From: Hyphomicrobiales bacterium
Lineage (GTDB): Bacteria; Pseudomonadota; Alphaproteobacteria; Micropepsales; Micropepsaceae
Assembly: GCA_040255825.1 (NCBI GenBank)
Contig: JBDZVS010000001.1
Coordinates: 2,867-66,866, forward strand
DNA length: 64,000 nt
Direction of reading: 5' to 3'
Under the pieces are notes generated by a model. That model was not told the origin of the DNA, searched no databases, and saw only the letters and a list, made by a program, of their open reading frames with translations. The translations under genes were made by a program, and so were the position numbers. Positions 26,378-35,895 of this stretch are shown one piece after another; positions within the stretch are counted from its first letter, which is position 1, and every line of letters begins with the position of its first letter.

Positions 26378-27265
26378 ATGCATTCGTTCAGGAAATTCCT
26401 GCCGCTGGTCGGCGCCGCCGTCATTGCGCTGGGCGTTTCGGGCGCATCGGCACAGACCGCCGCCGACTATGCCGAATATGCCCAATGGCCGGCGCCGCAT
26501 GCCCAGGGCCAGAACGTCAATGGCATGCACATCTTCCTCTTCGCCGGCCTCAAGAGCCACGGGCCGGGCGCGCATGACTATCCCTACTGGCTCGATACCT
26601 GGTCCAAGCTGCTGACCCAGCACGGCGCTGTGGTGGATGGCGGCCTGTCCTTCCCCAGCCAGGCCCAGCTCGACAAGGCTGATGTCGTGGTCATTTACAA
26701 GGGCGATGCCGGTTACATGACGCCCGAGCAGCGCGCGATGCTGCAGAATTACGTCAAGCGCGGCGGCGGCCTGGTGACGTTGCACGACTCGCTGTGCGGT
26801 CCCGACCCTGCCGACATGGCGACCCTGGTGGGCGCCGGCAAGAAGCACGGCCAGACCAACTACACCTGGACCGCCACGCTCGACTACAATGTGGTCGACA
26901 AGGGCAATCCCATCATCAAGGGCATGCCGATGGAGATCTATGACGAAGCCTTCTACAACATGACCTTCGCCCCCGACATCCATCCCATCCTCACCGTCAC
27001 CATGCCCGACACGCCCGCGGCGCGGCGTGGCGGCGGCGTCGGCAAGACCGTGCCGCAGATGTGGACCTGGGAGCATACCGTGCCGGGCGGCACCGCTCCC
27101 GCGCGCGCCTTCGTCTGGATGCAGGGGCACATGGTCGACAGCCTAGAGGACCCGGCGATCCGCACTGTGCTGATGCGCGGCATCGCCTGGGCCGCCAAGA
27201 AGCCGGAAAACACGCTGACCGATTATGTGCCGCCGCCGCCGCGGCGCACGGCCCAGCGTCCGTAA
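26378..27265 (+). CDS. ThuA-like protein with Sec signal peptide
   Basis: Signal peptide ending ASA-Q. IFLFAGLKSHGPGAHD, YVKRGGGLVTLH, PQMWTWE, RAFVWMQGH and LMRGIAWAA. Confidence 0.78.
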   Translation: MHSFRKFLPLVGAAVIALGVSGASAQTAADYAEYAQWPAPHAQGQNVNGMHIFLFAGLKSHGPGAHDYPYWLDTWSKLLTQHGAVVDGGLSFPSQAQLDKADVVVIYKGDAGYMTPEQRAMLQNYVKRGGGLVTLHDSLCGPDPADMATLVGAGKKHGQTNYTWTATLDYNVVDKGNPIIKGMPMEIYDEAFYNMTFAPDIHPILTVTMPDTPAARRGGGVGKTVPQMWTWEHTVPGGTAPARAFVWMQGHMVDSLEDPAIRTVLMRGIAWAAKKPENTLTDYVPPPPRRTAQRP

Positions 27266-27280
27266 GCCAATCCGTCCGGG

Positions 27281-27313
27281 AAAGGCGGCCGTCGCGGGAC
27301 GATGGCCGCCTTT
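27281..27313 (+). terminator. 14-bp intercistronic hairpin (terminator or mRNA stabiliser)
   Basis: AAAGGCGGCCGTCG-CGGGA-CGATGGCCGCCTTT, between ThuA-2 and PQQ dehydrogenase 2. Confidence 0.55.
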
Positions 27314-27340
27314 GCGTTGAAACTGTTGGGGGAGACAAGC

Positions 27341-29227
27341 GTGATGATGAAATCGGTGTTGAAGCTCGCAAGCTGCGCCGCGGCGTTGGCGATGCTGGCG
27401 GGAGGGGCCTTTGCCGCCGATCCCCTGGAACAGTCGACCGACTGGCAGACCAGCGGCCATGACCTGGGCGGCCAGCGCTATTCGCCGCTGACCCAGATCA
27501 CGCGGCAGAATGTTGCCCGGCTTCAGCCAGCCTGGAGCATCCATTTGACGCCGGAAGGCTATAAGGGCCGCCCGCGCCTGGCCGAGGCGATTCCGATCGT
27601 CGTCGGCAACATGATGTACATCGCCTCACCCTATGGCCAGATCCTGGCGCTGGACGCCACCAGCGGCCAGCGCAAATGGACCTTCGATCTTCCCGACAAG
27701 GACGTCGCCACCCGGCGTGGCGTCGCCTATTGGGGCGGCGGCGAAGGCGCGCCGGCCTCGATAGTCTTCGGCACGCGCCTGGGCCGGCTCTATTCGCTCG
27801 ATGCGGCCACCGGCCAGCTCAATCCGCGGTTCGGCGAGAACGGCGTCGTCAATCTGAAGACGCCGGAAGTGATGCCGGCCGACATGAAAGGATTCTACGA
27901 CCTGCCGTCGCCGCCCATCGTCTACAAGAACCTGATCATCACCGGGGCGGGCAATCCCGACGCCGCGCCCAACCGCGGCCCGCGCGGCGATACGCGCGCC
28001 TGGGACGCGGCCACCGGCAAGCTGGTGTGGACGTTCCATACCGTTCCGCGGCCCGGCGAGCCCGGCTATGACACCTGGGGCAAGGGCAGCGCCGAAAACC
28101 GTTCGGGCGTGAATGTATGGGGCTATATGACGATCGATGCCGACCGCGGCATCCTCTATATGCCACTGGGCGCGCCCAACAATGACCGCGTCGGCGTCGA
28201 CCGGCCCGGCAACAATCTCTATGGCTCCTCGCTGGTCGCTGTGGACGCCAACACCGGCAAGTATCTCTGGCACTTCCAGGTCGTTCATCACGACATCTGG
28301 GATTACGACACCCAGGACCCGCCGGTACTGATGGATGTGCACAAGGATGGCAAAACCATTCCCGCCGTGCTGACCGTCAACAAGAACGCGCTGGCCTTCA
28401 TCCTGAACCGCGTGACCGGCGAGCCGATCTTCGGGGTCGAGGAGCGGCCGGTGCCCAAAAGCAACGTGCCGGGCGAAATCACCTCGCCGACCCAGCCTTT
28501 CCCCGTCAAGCCGGAGCCGCTGTCGCAGAACCACATCTCGCGCGACAATCTCTACAAGGGCGAGCCGTCGCACCAGGCCTATTGCGAGAAGCTGGTGGAC
28601 GACAATCACATGGTCCTGGGCGGGCCGTTCCTGCCGCCGGGCTACAACCAGATCACGGTCTCGCCGCCCGGCACCCAGGGCGGGGTGAACTATTATGGCG
28701 GCAGCTTCGATCCCAAGCTTCGCCTGTTCGTGGCCAATGTGAACAACCTGTTCCAGCCCATGCGGGTGGTGCGCAAGCCGGACGGCACTTTCGCCAATAC
28801 CTATGGCGTGCTTCGCTTCTGGGATCCCGACAAGAAGCTTCCCTGCGGACCCACGCCCTGGGGCCAGTTGGTGGCCGTCAATGTGGATACGGGCGACATT
28901 GCCTGGCGCAAGACGCTCGGCGTCACCGAAAGCTTCCCGGCAGGCCTGCAGGATACCGGCCGGCCTGGCCTGGGCGGCACCATCCTGACCGCCAGCGGCC
29001 TGACCTTTGTCGGCGCGACCGACGATTTCCGCTTCCGGGCCTTCGCAACTGCAACCGGCGACAAGCTTTGGGAGGTCAAGCTGAAAGCGTCGGTCACGGC
29101 CACGCCCGTGACCTATCTGGGGGCCGACGGCCGCCAATTCGTCACAGTGATGAACACCGGTGGTTCCCAGACCGGATCGGTGGTCACCAACGACGAGGTC
29201 ATCGCCTTCGCTTTGCCCAAAAACTAG
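27341..29227 (+). CDS. second PQQ-dependent dehydrogenase (glucose/quinate family, soluble periplasmic type)
   Basis: Sec signal ending AFA-A. GGQRYSPLTQIT, RRGVAYW, GDTRAWDA, HHDIWDYD and GGTILTASGLTFVGA. Confidence 0.88.
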   Translation: MMMKSVLKLASCAAALAMLAGGAFAADPLEQSTDWQTSGHDLGGQRYSPLTQITRQNVARLQPAWSIHLTPEGYKGRPRLAEAIPIVVGNMMYIASPYGQILALDATSGQRKWTFDLPDKDVATRRGVAYWGGGEGAPASIVFGTRLGRLYSLDAATGQLNPRFGENGVVNLKTPEVMPADMKGFYDLPSPPIVYKNLIITGAGNPDAAPNRGPRGDTRAWDAATGKLVWTFHTVPRPGEPGYDTWGKGSAENRSGVNVWGYMTIDADRGILYMPLGAPNNDRVGVDRPGNNLYGSSLVAVDANTGKYLWHFQVVHHDIWDYDTQDPPVLMDVHKDGKTIPAVLTVNKNALAFILNRVTGEPIFGVEERPVPKSNVPGEITSPTQPFPVKPEPLSQNHISRDNLYKGEPSHQAYCEKLVDDNHMVLGGPFLPPGYNQITVSPPGTQGGVNYYGGSFDPKLRLFVANVNNLFQPMRVVRKPDGTFANTYGVLRFWDPDKKLPCGPTPWGQLVAVNVDTGDIAWRKTLGVTESFPAGLQDTGRPGLGGTILTASGLTFVGATDDFRFRAFATATGDKLWEVKLKASVTATPVTYLGADGRQFVTVMNTGGSQTGSVVTNDEVIAFALPKN

Positions 29228-29273
29228 TGTAAGTCACGAGTTCCAGGCGGGGTACAAAAAGAGAGAGTTGAAC

Positions 29274-29669
29274 GTGCGCAAGATTCATCTGGTCGGTTTG
29301 ATTGTAATGGCCTCGGCGACGGCCGCCTGGGCCCAGGACGATTTCCCCAGCCTGCCGCCTGGCCCGGGCCGCGACGTGACAGTGCGGGTCTGCTCGCAGT
29401 GCCACTCGCCGGAAATCGTCGCCAACCAGCGCATGGACAAGGATGGCTGGAAGGCGCTGGTGGACCAGATGGCCAACAATGGCGCCAATGCCACCAGCGA
29501 GGAATTCGACACCATCACCAACTATCTTGCGACGGTTTTCCCCGCCACGCCGGCGCCTGGTGGGGCCGCGCCGGCGGCACCCGGGGCCGCGCCGGCTCCC
29601 GCCAGCCCGGATGCGGGCGCATCGGCCGCCACCAACGACGCGACCGGCACCGTCACGCCGCAACAGTAA
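29274..29669 (+). CDS. small periplasmic monohaem cytochrome c with Ala/Pro-rich tail
   Basis: Signal peptide ending AWA-Q. LPPGPGRD..CSQCH (CxxCH), then W...VDQM..GA and ITNYLA. Directly follows PQQ dehydrogenase 2. Confidence 0.82.
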   Translation: MRKIHLVGLIVMASATAAWAQDDFPSLPPGPGRDVTVRVCSQCHSPEIVANQRMDKDGWKALVDQMANNGANATSEEFDTITNYLATVFPATPAPGGAAPAAPGAAPAPASPDAGASAATNDATGTVTPQQ

Positions 29670-29788
29670 GCCGCGGATATTGCGGGTTTGCGCCTGCGCC
29701 CGGCCGCGCTAAAACCGCGGCGGACAGGCGGGCTTGCGCCTGCTTGTGCCCACCGCCCTATAAAGGCGCCCTTTGAAGGAAAGAAGAC

Positions 29789-30631
29789 ATGAAGCTGCTG
29801 CGCTATGGCCCCAAGGGCCAGGAAAAACCCGGCCTGCTGGACGATGGGGGCGCCATTCGCGACCTGTCCGGCGTGGTGAAGGACATCGACGGCAAGGTAC
29901 TGGCCGATCTGTCGGCCATCCGCGCGGCCAAGATCGACAGCCTGCCGGTGGTGAAAGCCGGCGTGCGCCTGGCCGAGCCGGTCGCCAATGTCGGCAAGTT
30001 CCTTTGCATCGGCCTGAACTATTCCGACCATGCCGCCGAGTCGGGCATGCCCGAGCCCAGCGAGCCGATCATCTTCACGAAGGCGACCAGCGCCATCATA
30101 GGTCCCAACGACGATGTCTATCTGCCGCCCGCCTCCAAGAAAGGCGACTGGGAAGTCGAGCTGGGCATCGTCATCGGCAAGGAAGCCCGCTACGTCTCCA
30201 AGGATAAGGCGCTGGATCATGTCGCCGGCGCCTGCGTGGTGAACGACCTCAGCGAGCGTGAATACCAGCTTGAGCGCCTGGGCACCTGGGACAAGGGCAA
30301 GGGCTGCGACACCTTCGGTCCCTTCGGTCCCTGGCTCGTCACGCTGGATGAGGTGGGCGACCTCAACAATCTGGGTCTGTGGCTGGACCTGAACGGCAAG
30401 CGCATGCAGACCGGCAACACCCGCTCGCTGATCTTCGACGTGCCGACCCTGATCTCTTATGTCAGCCAGTTCATGAGCCTGCAGCCGGGCGACATCATCT
30501 CCACCGGCACCCCGCCGGGCGTCGGCCTGGGCATGAAGCCGCCGCTGTTCCTGAAGGAAGGCGATGTCATGGAACTGGGCATCGACAAGCTGGGCAGCCA
30601 GAAGCAGACGGTCTATCGGACGAAAATCTGA
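29789..30631 (+). CDS. fumarylacetoacetate-hydrolase family protein (2,4-diketo-acid hydrolase type, 280 aa)
   Basis: MKLLRYGPKGQEKPG, KFLCIGLNYSDH, DWEVELG, NDLSER, KGKGCDTFGP and GDIISTGTPPGVG. Confidence 0.88.
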   Translation: MKLLRYGPKGQEKPGLLDDGGAIRDLSGVVKDIDGKVLADLSAIRAAKIDSLPVVKAGVRLAEPVANVGKFLCIGLNYSDHAAESGMPEPSEPIIFTKATSAIIGPNDDVYLPPASKKGDWEVELGIVIGKEARYVSKDKALDHVAGACVVNDLSEREYQLERLGTWDKGKGCDTFGPFGPWLVTLDEVGDLNNLGLWLDLNGKRMQTGNTRSLIFDVPTLISYVSQFMSLQPGDIISTGTPPGVGLGMKPPLFLKEGDVMELGIDKLGSQKQTVYRTKI

Positions 30632-30638
30632 TACCGAT

Positions 30639-30716
30639 CGTCATGGCCCGGTGTGTCCGGGCCATCCAGTTTGTTGAGAGTGAAACTGGATGGCCCGCAT
30701 GAAGCGGGCCATGACG
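30639..30716. repeat. CGTC-tagged REP doublet (family B)
   Basis: CGTCATGGCCCGGTGTGTCCGGGCCATCCAGTTT...AAACTGGATGGCCCGCATGAAGCGGGCCATGACG. Nested inverted repeat between convergent genes. Confidence 0.78.
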
Positions 30717-30736
30717 AATTGGGTAGAGTGGAAAAC

Positions 30737-30769
30737 AAAAACGGCGCCGGAGCGATCCAGCGCCGTTTT
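30737..30769. terminator. bidirectional intrinsic terminator
   Basis: AAAAACGGCGC-loop-GCGCCGTTTT, between the convergent FAH and dehydratase genes. Confidence 0.65.
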
Positions 30770-30785
30770 CTATTATGCATCGCGA

Positions 30786-32597
30786 TCAGTGATTATCCCG
30801 CGGAATCCCGAACGTCTCGTCGATCTTCTGATACTTGACCGCGTTCTCCAGGACCATGCCGGTGCCCATCTGCCCGACATGCTCGCGCTGGATTTCCTGC
30901 CACGGCGTCTGGCTGGCCGGATACTTATAGCCGCCCGCCGCTTCCAGCGCCTTGCGCCGCGCCGCCAGCTCCTCGTCGCCGATCAGCACGTCGCAGGTGG
31001 CTTTTTTCAGGTCGATGCGCACGCGATCGCCCGTCTTCAGCAGCGCCAGCCCCCCCATCACGGCCGCTTCCGGCGAGGCGTTGAGGATCGAGGGCGAACC
31101 GGAGGTGCCCGACTGGCGGCCGTCGCCGACGCAGGGCAGGGCGTTGATGCCCGCCTTCAGCAGCGCTGCCGGCGGACGCATGTTCACCACTTCCGCGGCG
31201 CCGGGATAGCCCACCGGGCCCGCGCCGCGCATCACCAGAATGGAATTTTCGTCGATCCCCAGCGCGGGATCGTCGATGCGGCGGTGATAGTCCTCGGGCC
31301 CGTCGAACACCACGGCGGTGCCTTCAAAGGCCTCGGGATCGGCCGGGTTGGACAAATAGCGCCGGCGGAATTCCTCGCTGATCACGCTGGTTTTCATCAC
31401 CGCGCTCTCGAACAGGTTGCCGCCCATCACGATGAAGCCGGCATCGGTCTTCATCGGCTTGTCGAACGGCCAGATCACATGCGGCAGCAGGACTTCCTTG
31501 CCCTTGCAGTTCTCGCCGATGGTCTTGCCGTTGACGGTCAGGGCCTTCTCGTTGATCAACCCGTGCTGCATCAGGATGTTCACCACCGCCGGGACGCCGC
31601 CGGCATGATGGAAATCCTCGCTCAGATATTCGCCCGCCGGCTGCAGGTTGACCAGCAGCGGCACCTTGTGGCCGACCGTCTGCCAGTCGCTCAGGGGCAC
31701 GTCCACGCCCATGTGGCGGGCGATGGCGCTGATGTGGATGGGCGCGTTGGTCGAGCCGCCGATGGCGGAGTTGACGACGATGGCGTTGTGGAACGCCTCC
31801 CGCGTCATGATCTTGGACGGGCGCAGGTCCTCATGCACCATTTCGACGATGCGCAGGCCCGTGGCATAGGCCATCTGCCCGCGCTCGCGATAGGGCGCCG
31901 GGATCGAGGCCGAGCCGGGAAGCTGCATGCCCAGCGCCTCGGCCAGCGAGTTCATCGTGCTGGCCGTGCCCATGGTGTTGCAATAGCCCACCGACGGCGC
32001 GCTCGACGCCACCAGGTCGACAAAGCCGGGATAGTCCAGCTCGCCGCGCGCCATCATCTCGCGCGCCTTCCACACGATGGTGCCAGAGCCGGTGCGTTCG
32101 CCCCGGTGCCAGCCGTTCAGCATCGGACCGACCGAAAAGGCGATGGCCGGAATGTCCAGCGTCGCCGCCGCCATCAGGCAGGCCGGCGTAGTCTTGTCGC
32201 AGCCGATGGTCAGCACCACGCCGTCGATCGGATAGCCATAGAGGAGTTCGACCAGCCCCATATAGGCCAGGTTGCGGTCCAGCGCCGCGCCCGGGCGCTT
32301 GCCGGTTTCCTGGATGGGATGGACGGGAAACTCCATCACGATGCCGCCGGCCTCGCGGATGCCCTCGCGGATGCGCTTGGCAAGCTCGATGTGGTGGCGG
32401 TTGCAGGGCGAAAGGTCGCTGCCGGTCTGGGCGATGCCGATGATGGGCTTGCCCGACTGCAACTCCTCACGCGTCAGCCCGTAATTCAGGTATCGCTCCA
32501 GATAGAGCGCCGTCATGTCAGGGTTGTCGGGATTGTCGAACCAGGCGCGAGAGCGGAGTTTCTTGCCGGGCTTGCTGGCGGTTTTGGAATCGGACAT
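30786..32597 (-). CDS. IlvD/Edd-family sugar-acid (pentonate/hexonate) dehydratase
   Basis: [55 protein letters not shown] and [10 protein letters not shown], as in XylD/AraD-type enzymes. Confidence 0.9.
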   Translation of the reverse strand: MSDSKTASKPGKKLRSRAWFDNPDNPDMTALYLERYLNYGLTREELQSGKPIIGIAQTGSDLSPCNRHHIELAKRIREGIREAGGIVMEFPVHPIQETGKRPGAALDRNLAYMGLVELLYGYPIDGVVLTIGCDKTTPACLMAAATLDIPAIAFSVGPMLNGWHRGERTGSGTIVWKAREMMARGELDYPGFVDLVASSAPSVGYCNTMGTASTMNSLAEALGMQLPGSASIPAPYRERGQMAYATGLRIVEMVHEDLRPSKIMTREAFHNAIVVNSAIGGSTNAPIHISAIARHMGVDVPLSDWQTVGHKVPLLVNLQPAGEYLSEDFHHAGGVPAVVNILMQHGLINEKALTVNGKTIGENCKGKEVLLPHVIWPFDKPMKTDAGFIVMGGNLFESAVMKTSVISEEFRRRYLSNPADPEAFEGTAVVFDGPEDYHRRIDDPALGIDENSILVMRGAGPVGYPGAAEVVNMRPPAALLKAGINALPCVGDGRQSGTSGSPSILNASPEAAVMGGLALLKTGDRVRIDLKKATCDVLIGDEELAARRKALEAAGGYKYPASQTPWQEIQREHVGQMGTGMVLENAVKYQKIDETFGIPRDNH

Positions 32598-32620
32598 CGG
32601 GGTTTTCCTGAAGGAAAGGG

Positions 32621-33445
32621 TCAGCCGGGGAAAAGGCTCATGCCGCCGTCGACGCGCAGCACCTGGCCGGACACAAAGCCGGACTGGCTGGAGGCGAGGA
32701 ACGCCACGGCATTGGCGATCTCGGCAGGCTTGGCGTAGCGCTCCAGCGAGATATTATCAATCATACCGGCGTCGGTTTGCCGGGTGGCCAGGAAACGGGC
32801 GGTCGTGGTGGGGCCGGGGCTGACGGCGTTCACCCGCACGCCGTGGGGGCGCATCTCAAGCGCCAGGCTGCGGGTATAATGCAGGATCGCCGCCTTGGCG
32901 CAGCCATAGACCACTTCGGGCGAAACGCCGATATGGCCGTTGAGCGAGCCGAAATTGATCACCGCGCCCCGTTTGCGCTCGGCCATGCCCGGCACCACGC
33001 GCCGGCACATCAGCATGGTGCCGAAGAAATTGCGGTTCATCACCGCATGGGCATCTTCCAGGCTGATGTTCAGGGCGTCGTTGGGATTGGGCTTGCCGCC
33101 TTTTGCCGCGATGTCGCCGCCGGCGCAGTTGACCAGGATGTCGATGGGCCCCAGCGTGTCCTCCACCCGGCTCACCAGTGCGGCGACATCGTCCTGCCTG
33201 GTAATGTCGCCGGTGACCGCGACCACCTTGCCGGGCCCGCGCAGCGATAATTCCCTGGCCAGAACGGTAAGGCTTTCGCTTTCGCCGTAGGCGGCAGGCG
33301 CCGCCTCGTCGATATCATGCAGCGCGACATTGGCGCCGCCGGCCAGCAGCGTCTCGGCGATCATGCGGCCCAGGCCGCGGCCGGATCCGGTCACCAATGC
33401 GATGGCGCCCCCGAGGGACGGGGGCTGAATTCCTGTAGGGGTCAA
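32621..33445 (-). CDS. short-chain dehydrogenase/reductase (TTG start with upstream GGAG)
   Basis: [18 protein letters not shown], catalytic YGCAK and NAVSPG. Confidence 0.85.
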   Translation of the reverse strand: MTPTGIQPPSLGGAIALVTGSGRGLGRMIAETLLAGGANVALHDIDEAAPAAYGESESLTVLARELSLRGPGKVVAVTGDITRQDDVAALVSRVEDTLGPIDILVNCAGGDIAAKGGKPNPNDALNISLEDAHAVMNRNFFGTMLMCRRVVPGMAERKRGAVINFGSLNGHIGVSPEVVYGCAKAAILHYTRSLALEMRPHGVRVNAVSPGPTTTARFLATRQTDAGMIDNISLERYAKPAEIANAVAFLASSQSGFVSGQVLRVDGGMSLFPG

Positions 33446-33555
33446 AGGGATACTCCGTAGGCGCTCCTGCGGGGGGCGCGTGGCATCGCGCACGCGCGGG
33501 CCCCGATTGTTATCTGCTTGTCATGCAATCGGGGCCGTGTGGGCGGCCGGGCGCA

Positions 33556-33587
33556 TTGACTTGCCGGTGCCTGAATTTAGTATACAA
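33556..33587 (+). promoter_or_regulatory. sigma70-like promoter overlapped by a GTATAC operator-like box
   Basis: TTGACT, then 16 nt, then TAGTAT. TAGTATACAA overlaps the -10 upstream of the MFS gene. Confidence 0.55.
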
Positions 33588-33718
33588 CTCGAGTGCCGAT
33601 GTGAAGGGCTCCGTCCTTACGGGGCGGGGGCGCTTGCAGCTACCCAAGCCTCTGACGGTGGGCAGGAAGCGGCGATAAAAGCAGCTATACATAGCAGCGA
33701 TACAGGGGCGGGAGAATT

Positions 33719-34978
33719 ATGAAACCAACGCACGCTCGTTATTGGGTTGTCGTGCTGGCGCTGGCGCTGGCGATGATCATGTATATCCAGCGCGTGGCGA
33801 TCAGCCAGGCCATCGTGCCGATCGCGGTCGACCTGAACCTGAACAAGGAACAGACCGGCCTGGTGCTGGGAGCTTTCGGGCTTTCCTATGCGCTGTTCGA
33901 GATTCCGATGGGCCTTCTGGGCGACAAGCTGGGCGTGCGCTGGGTGCTCAGCCAGCTGGTGCTGATCTGGTCGGCCTTTACCGCGCTGACCGGCGCGGCC
34001 TGGAACATGGCGTCGATGTGGGCCGTGCGCTTCCTGTTCGGCGCGGGCGAAGCGGGCTGTTTCCCCAATCTGACGCGCATGCTGTCGGCCTGGCTGCCGC
34101 TGTCCGAGCGCGTGCGCGCGCAGGCCGTGATGTGGGCCTTCGGCCGCTGGGGCGGCGCGCTGGCCCCGCCGGTCGCCTTCTTCGTGATCTATCATTTCGG
34201 CTGGCGCCTGGGCTTCGTGGCGCTGGCGATGCTGGGCGTTGCCTGGGTGGCCTTCTTCCTGCCCTGGTTCCGCAACGACCCGGCCGAGCACAAATCGGTC
34301 AACGCCGCCGAGCTCGAGTTGCTGGAGAGTTCGCGCTCTCTGGTGCTGCACGAGCACGGCGTGCCCTGGTACAAGCTGTTGCTCCAGCGCGACATCGCCT
34401 TCCTGGGGCTGCAGTATTTCGCCTTCTCCTACACCTGGTATTTCTATGTGACCTGGCTGCCCACCTGGCTGCAGCAGGCCCGGGGGCTCGATGCGGGCAT
34501 CGCGGCTGGCTATGCGATGGTGCCGCTGGCGCTGGGCGGCGTCGGCTCGATCGTCTCGGGCTTCCTGCCCATGTCGGTCCCGCGCAAATGGGTGGCCTTC
34601 GCCGGCTTTGCCGGGACCGCGATCCTGATCTTCATCATTCCGCACGTCGAAAGCGTAACCGCGGCGATGGCGCTGATGGGAGTGGCCAGCTTCTGCAGCG
34701 ACCTGACCATGCCGATCTCGTGGAACACCTGTGTGGAGATCGGCAAGCAGTACACCGCCACCGTGGCCTCGACCATGAACATGCTGGGCAATTTCGCCGG
34801 CTTCGTGGCCCCCGTGGTGTTCGGCTTCATCCTGGGCGAAACCGACAACAACTGGACCGTCGTGATGTACACGATGGCCGCGGCGGCGATCGTCTCGGCG
34901 GTCTGCTGGCTGTTCCTGGACCCCGACAATGCCGGTCAGGACAAGCCGCTGCCGCTGGAAGCGGCCCCTGAAATCTGA
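33719..34978 (+). CDS. MFS transporter, ACS (sugar-acid) type
   Basis: YALFEIPMGLLGDKLGVR, RFLFGAGEAGCFP, FYVTWLPTWL and MNMLGNFAG. Confidence 0.87.
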   Translation: MKPTHARYWVVVLALALAMIMYIQRVAISQAIVPIAVDLNLNKEQTGLVLGAFGLSYALFEIPMGLLGDKLGVRWVLSQLVLIWSAFTALTGAAWNMASMWAVRFLFGAGEAGCFPNLTRMLSAWLPLSERVRAQAVMWAFGRWGGALAPPVAFFVIYHFGWRLGFVALAMLGVAWVAFFLPWFRNDPAEHKSVNAAELELLESSRSLVLHEHGVPWYKLLLQRDIAFLGLQYFAFSYTWYFYVTWLPTWLQQARGLDAGIAAGYAMVPLALGGVGSIVSGFLPMSVPRKWVAFAGFAGTAILIFIIPHVESVTAAMALMGVASFCSDLTMPISWNTCVEIGKQYTATVASTMNMLGNFAGFVAPVVFGFILGETDNNWTVVMYTMAAAAIVSAVCWLFLDPDNAGQDKPLPLEAAPEI

Positions 34979-35019
34979 CGTCCCAAATCTGACTCTCCAA
35001 AGCATGAAGGACCATACGC

Positions 35020-35775
35020 GTGAAGATTGATCTGACGGGCAGGACAGCGGTGATCGTGGGCGCCTCGGGCGGGCTGGGCGAAGCGATGGCGCATACGCTG
35101 TCGGACGCCGGCGCGGCCATCGCGCTGGTGGGCCGCAACCAGTCCAAGCTGGACAAGGTGGCGAACGCGCTGAAGGCCAAAGGCGGTAACGCCGCCACCT
35201 TCACTGCCGACATGACCAGCGAAAGCGACGTCGGGCGCCTGGCCGCAGAGGTGAACGCCAAATACCCCAAGCCGCAGATCCTGATCAATTCGGCCGGCAT
35301 CAACAGCCGCAAGTCGGTGACCGAGTTCAACCTGAAGGAATGGTCGGCGGTGGTGGATTCCAGCCTGGTCACCACCTTCCTGGCCTGCAATGCCTTCGTG
35401 CCGGGCATGAAGGGCACCGGCTATGGCCGCATCATCAACCTCTCCTCGATCCTGGGCCATGTCTCGCTGCCCAACCGCACCGCCTATTCCTCGGGCAAGG
35501 CAGGGCTTCTGGGCTTCACCAAGTCGCTGGCGCTGGAACTGGCGTCCGAAGCCATCACCGTCAACGCCATCTCGCCCGGTCCTTTCCATACCGAGATGAA
35601 CCTGCCGGTGATCAACGACCCGGAGGCCAACAAGCTGTTCCTGCAGAAGCTGCCGGTGGGCCGCTGGGGCAAGGTGGAAGAGATCGGCGGCCTGGCCTGC
35701 TATCTCTGCTCCGACCTGGCGGGCTTCATCACCGGCACCGACATCCTGATCGACGGCGGCTGGACCGCCGCCTAG
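35020..35775 (+). CDS. SDR, gluconate 5-dehydrogenase / KduD-like
   Basis: VGASGGLG, INSAGI, YSSGKAG, NAISPGPFHTEMN and PVGRWG. Confidence 0.85.
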   Translation: MKIDLTGRTAVIVGASGGLGEAMAHTLSDAGAAIALVGRNQSKLDKVANALKAKGGNAATFTADMTSESDVGRLAAEVNAKYPKPQILINSAGINSRKSVTEFNLKEWSAVVDSSLVTTFLACNAFVPGMKGTGYGRIINLSSILGHVSLPNRTAYSSGKAGLLGFTKSLALELASEAITVNAISPGPFHTEMNLPVINDPEANKLFLQKLPVGRWGKVEEIGGLACYLCSDLAGFITGTDILIDGGWTAA

Positions 35776-35895
35776 CCGCGATCTTTTGCGTCGTGAGTGC
35801 GTCGCGCCGTCGCTCACAAACGCCGTACGCATCACTCGGCGCTCCTGTCCACGCCGCAATATCTCTGCGGCTGGGTGATGAATGTTGAGGGACGA

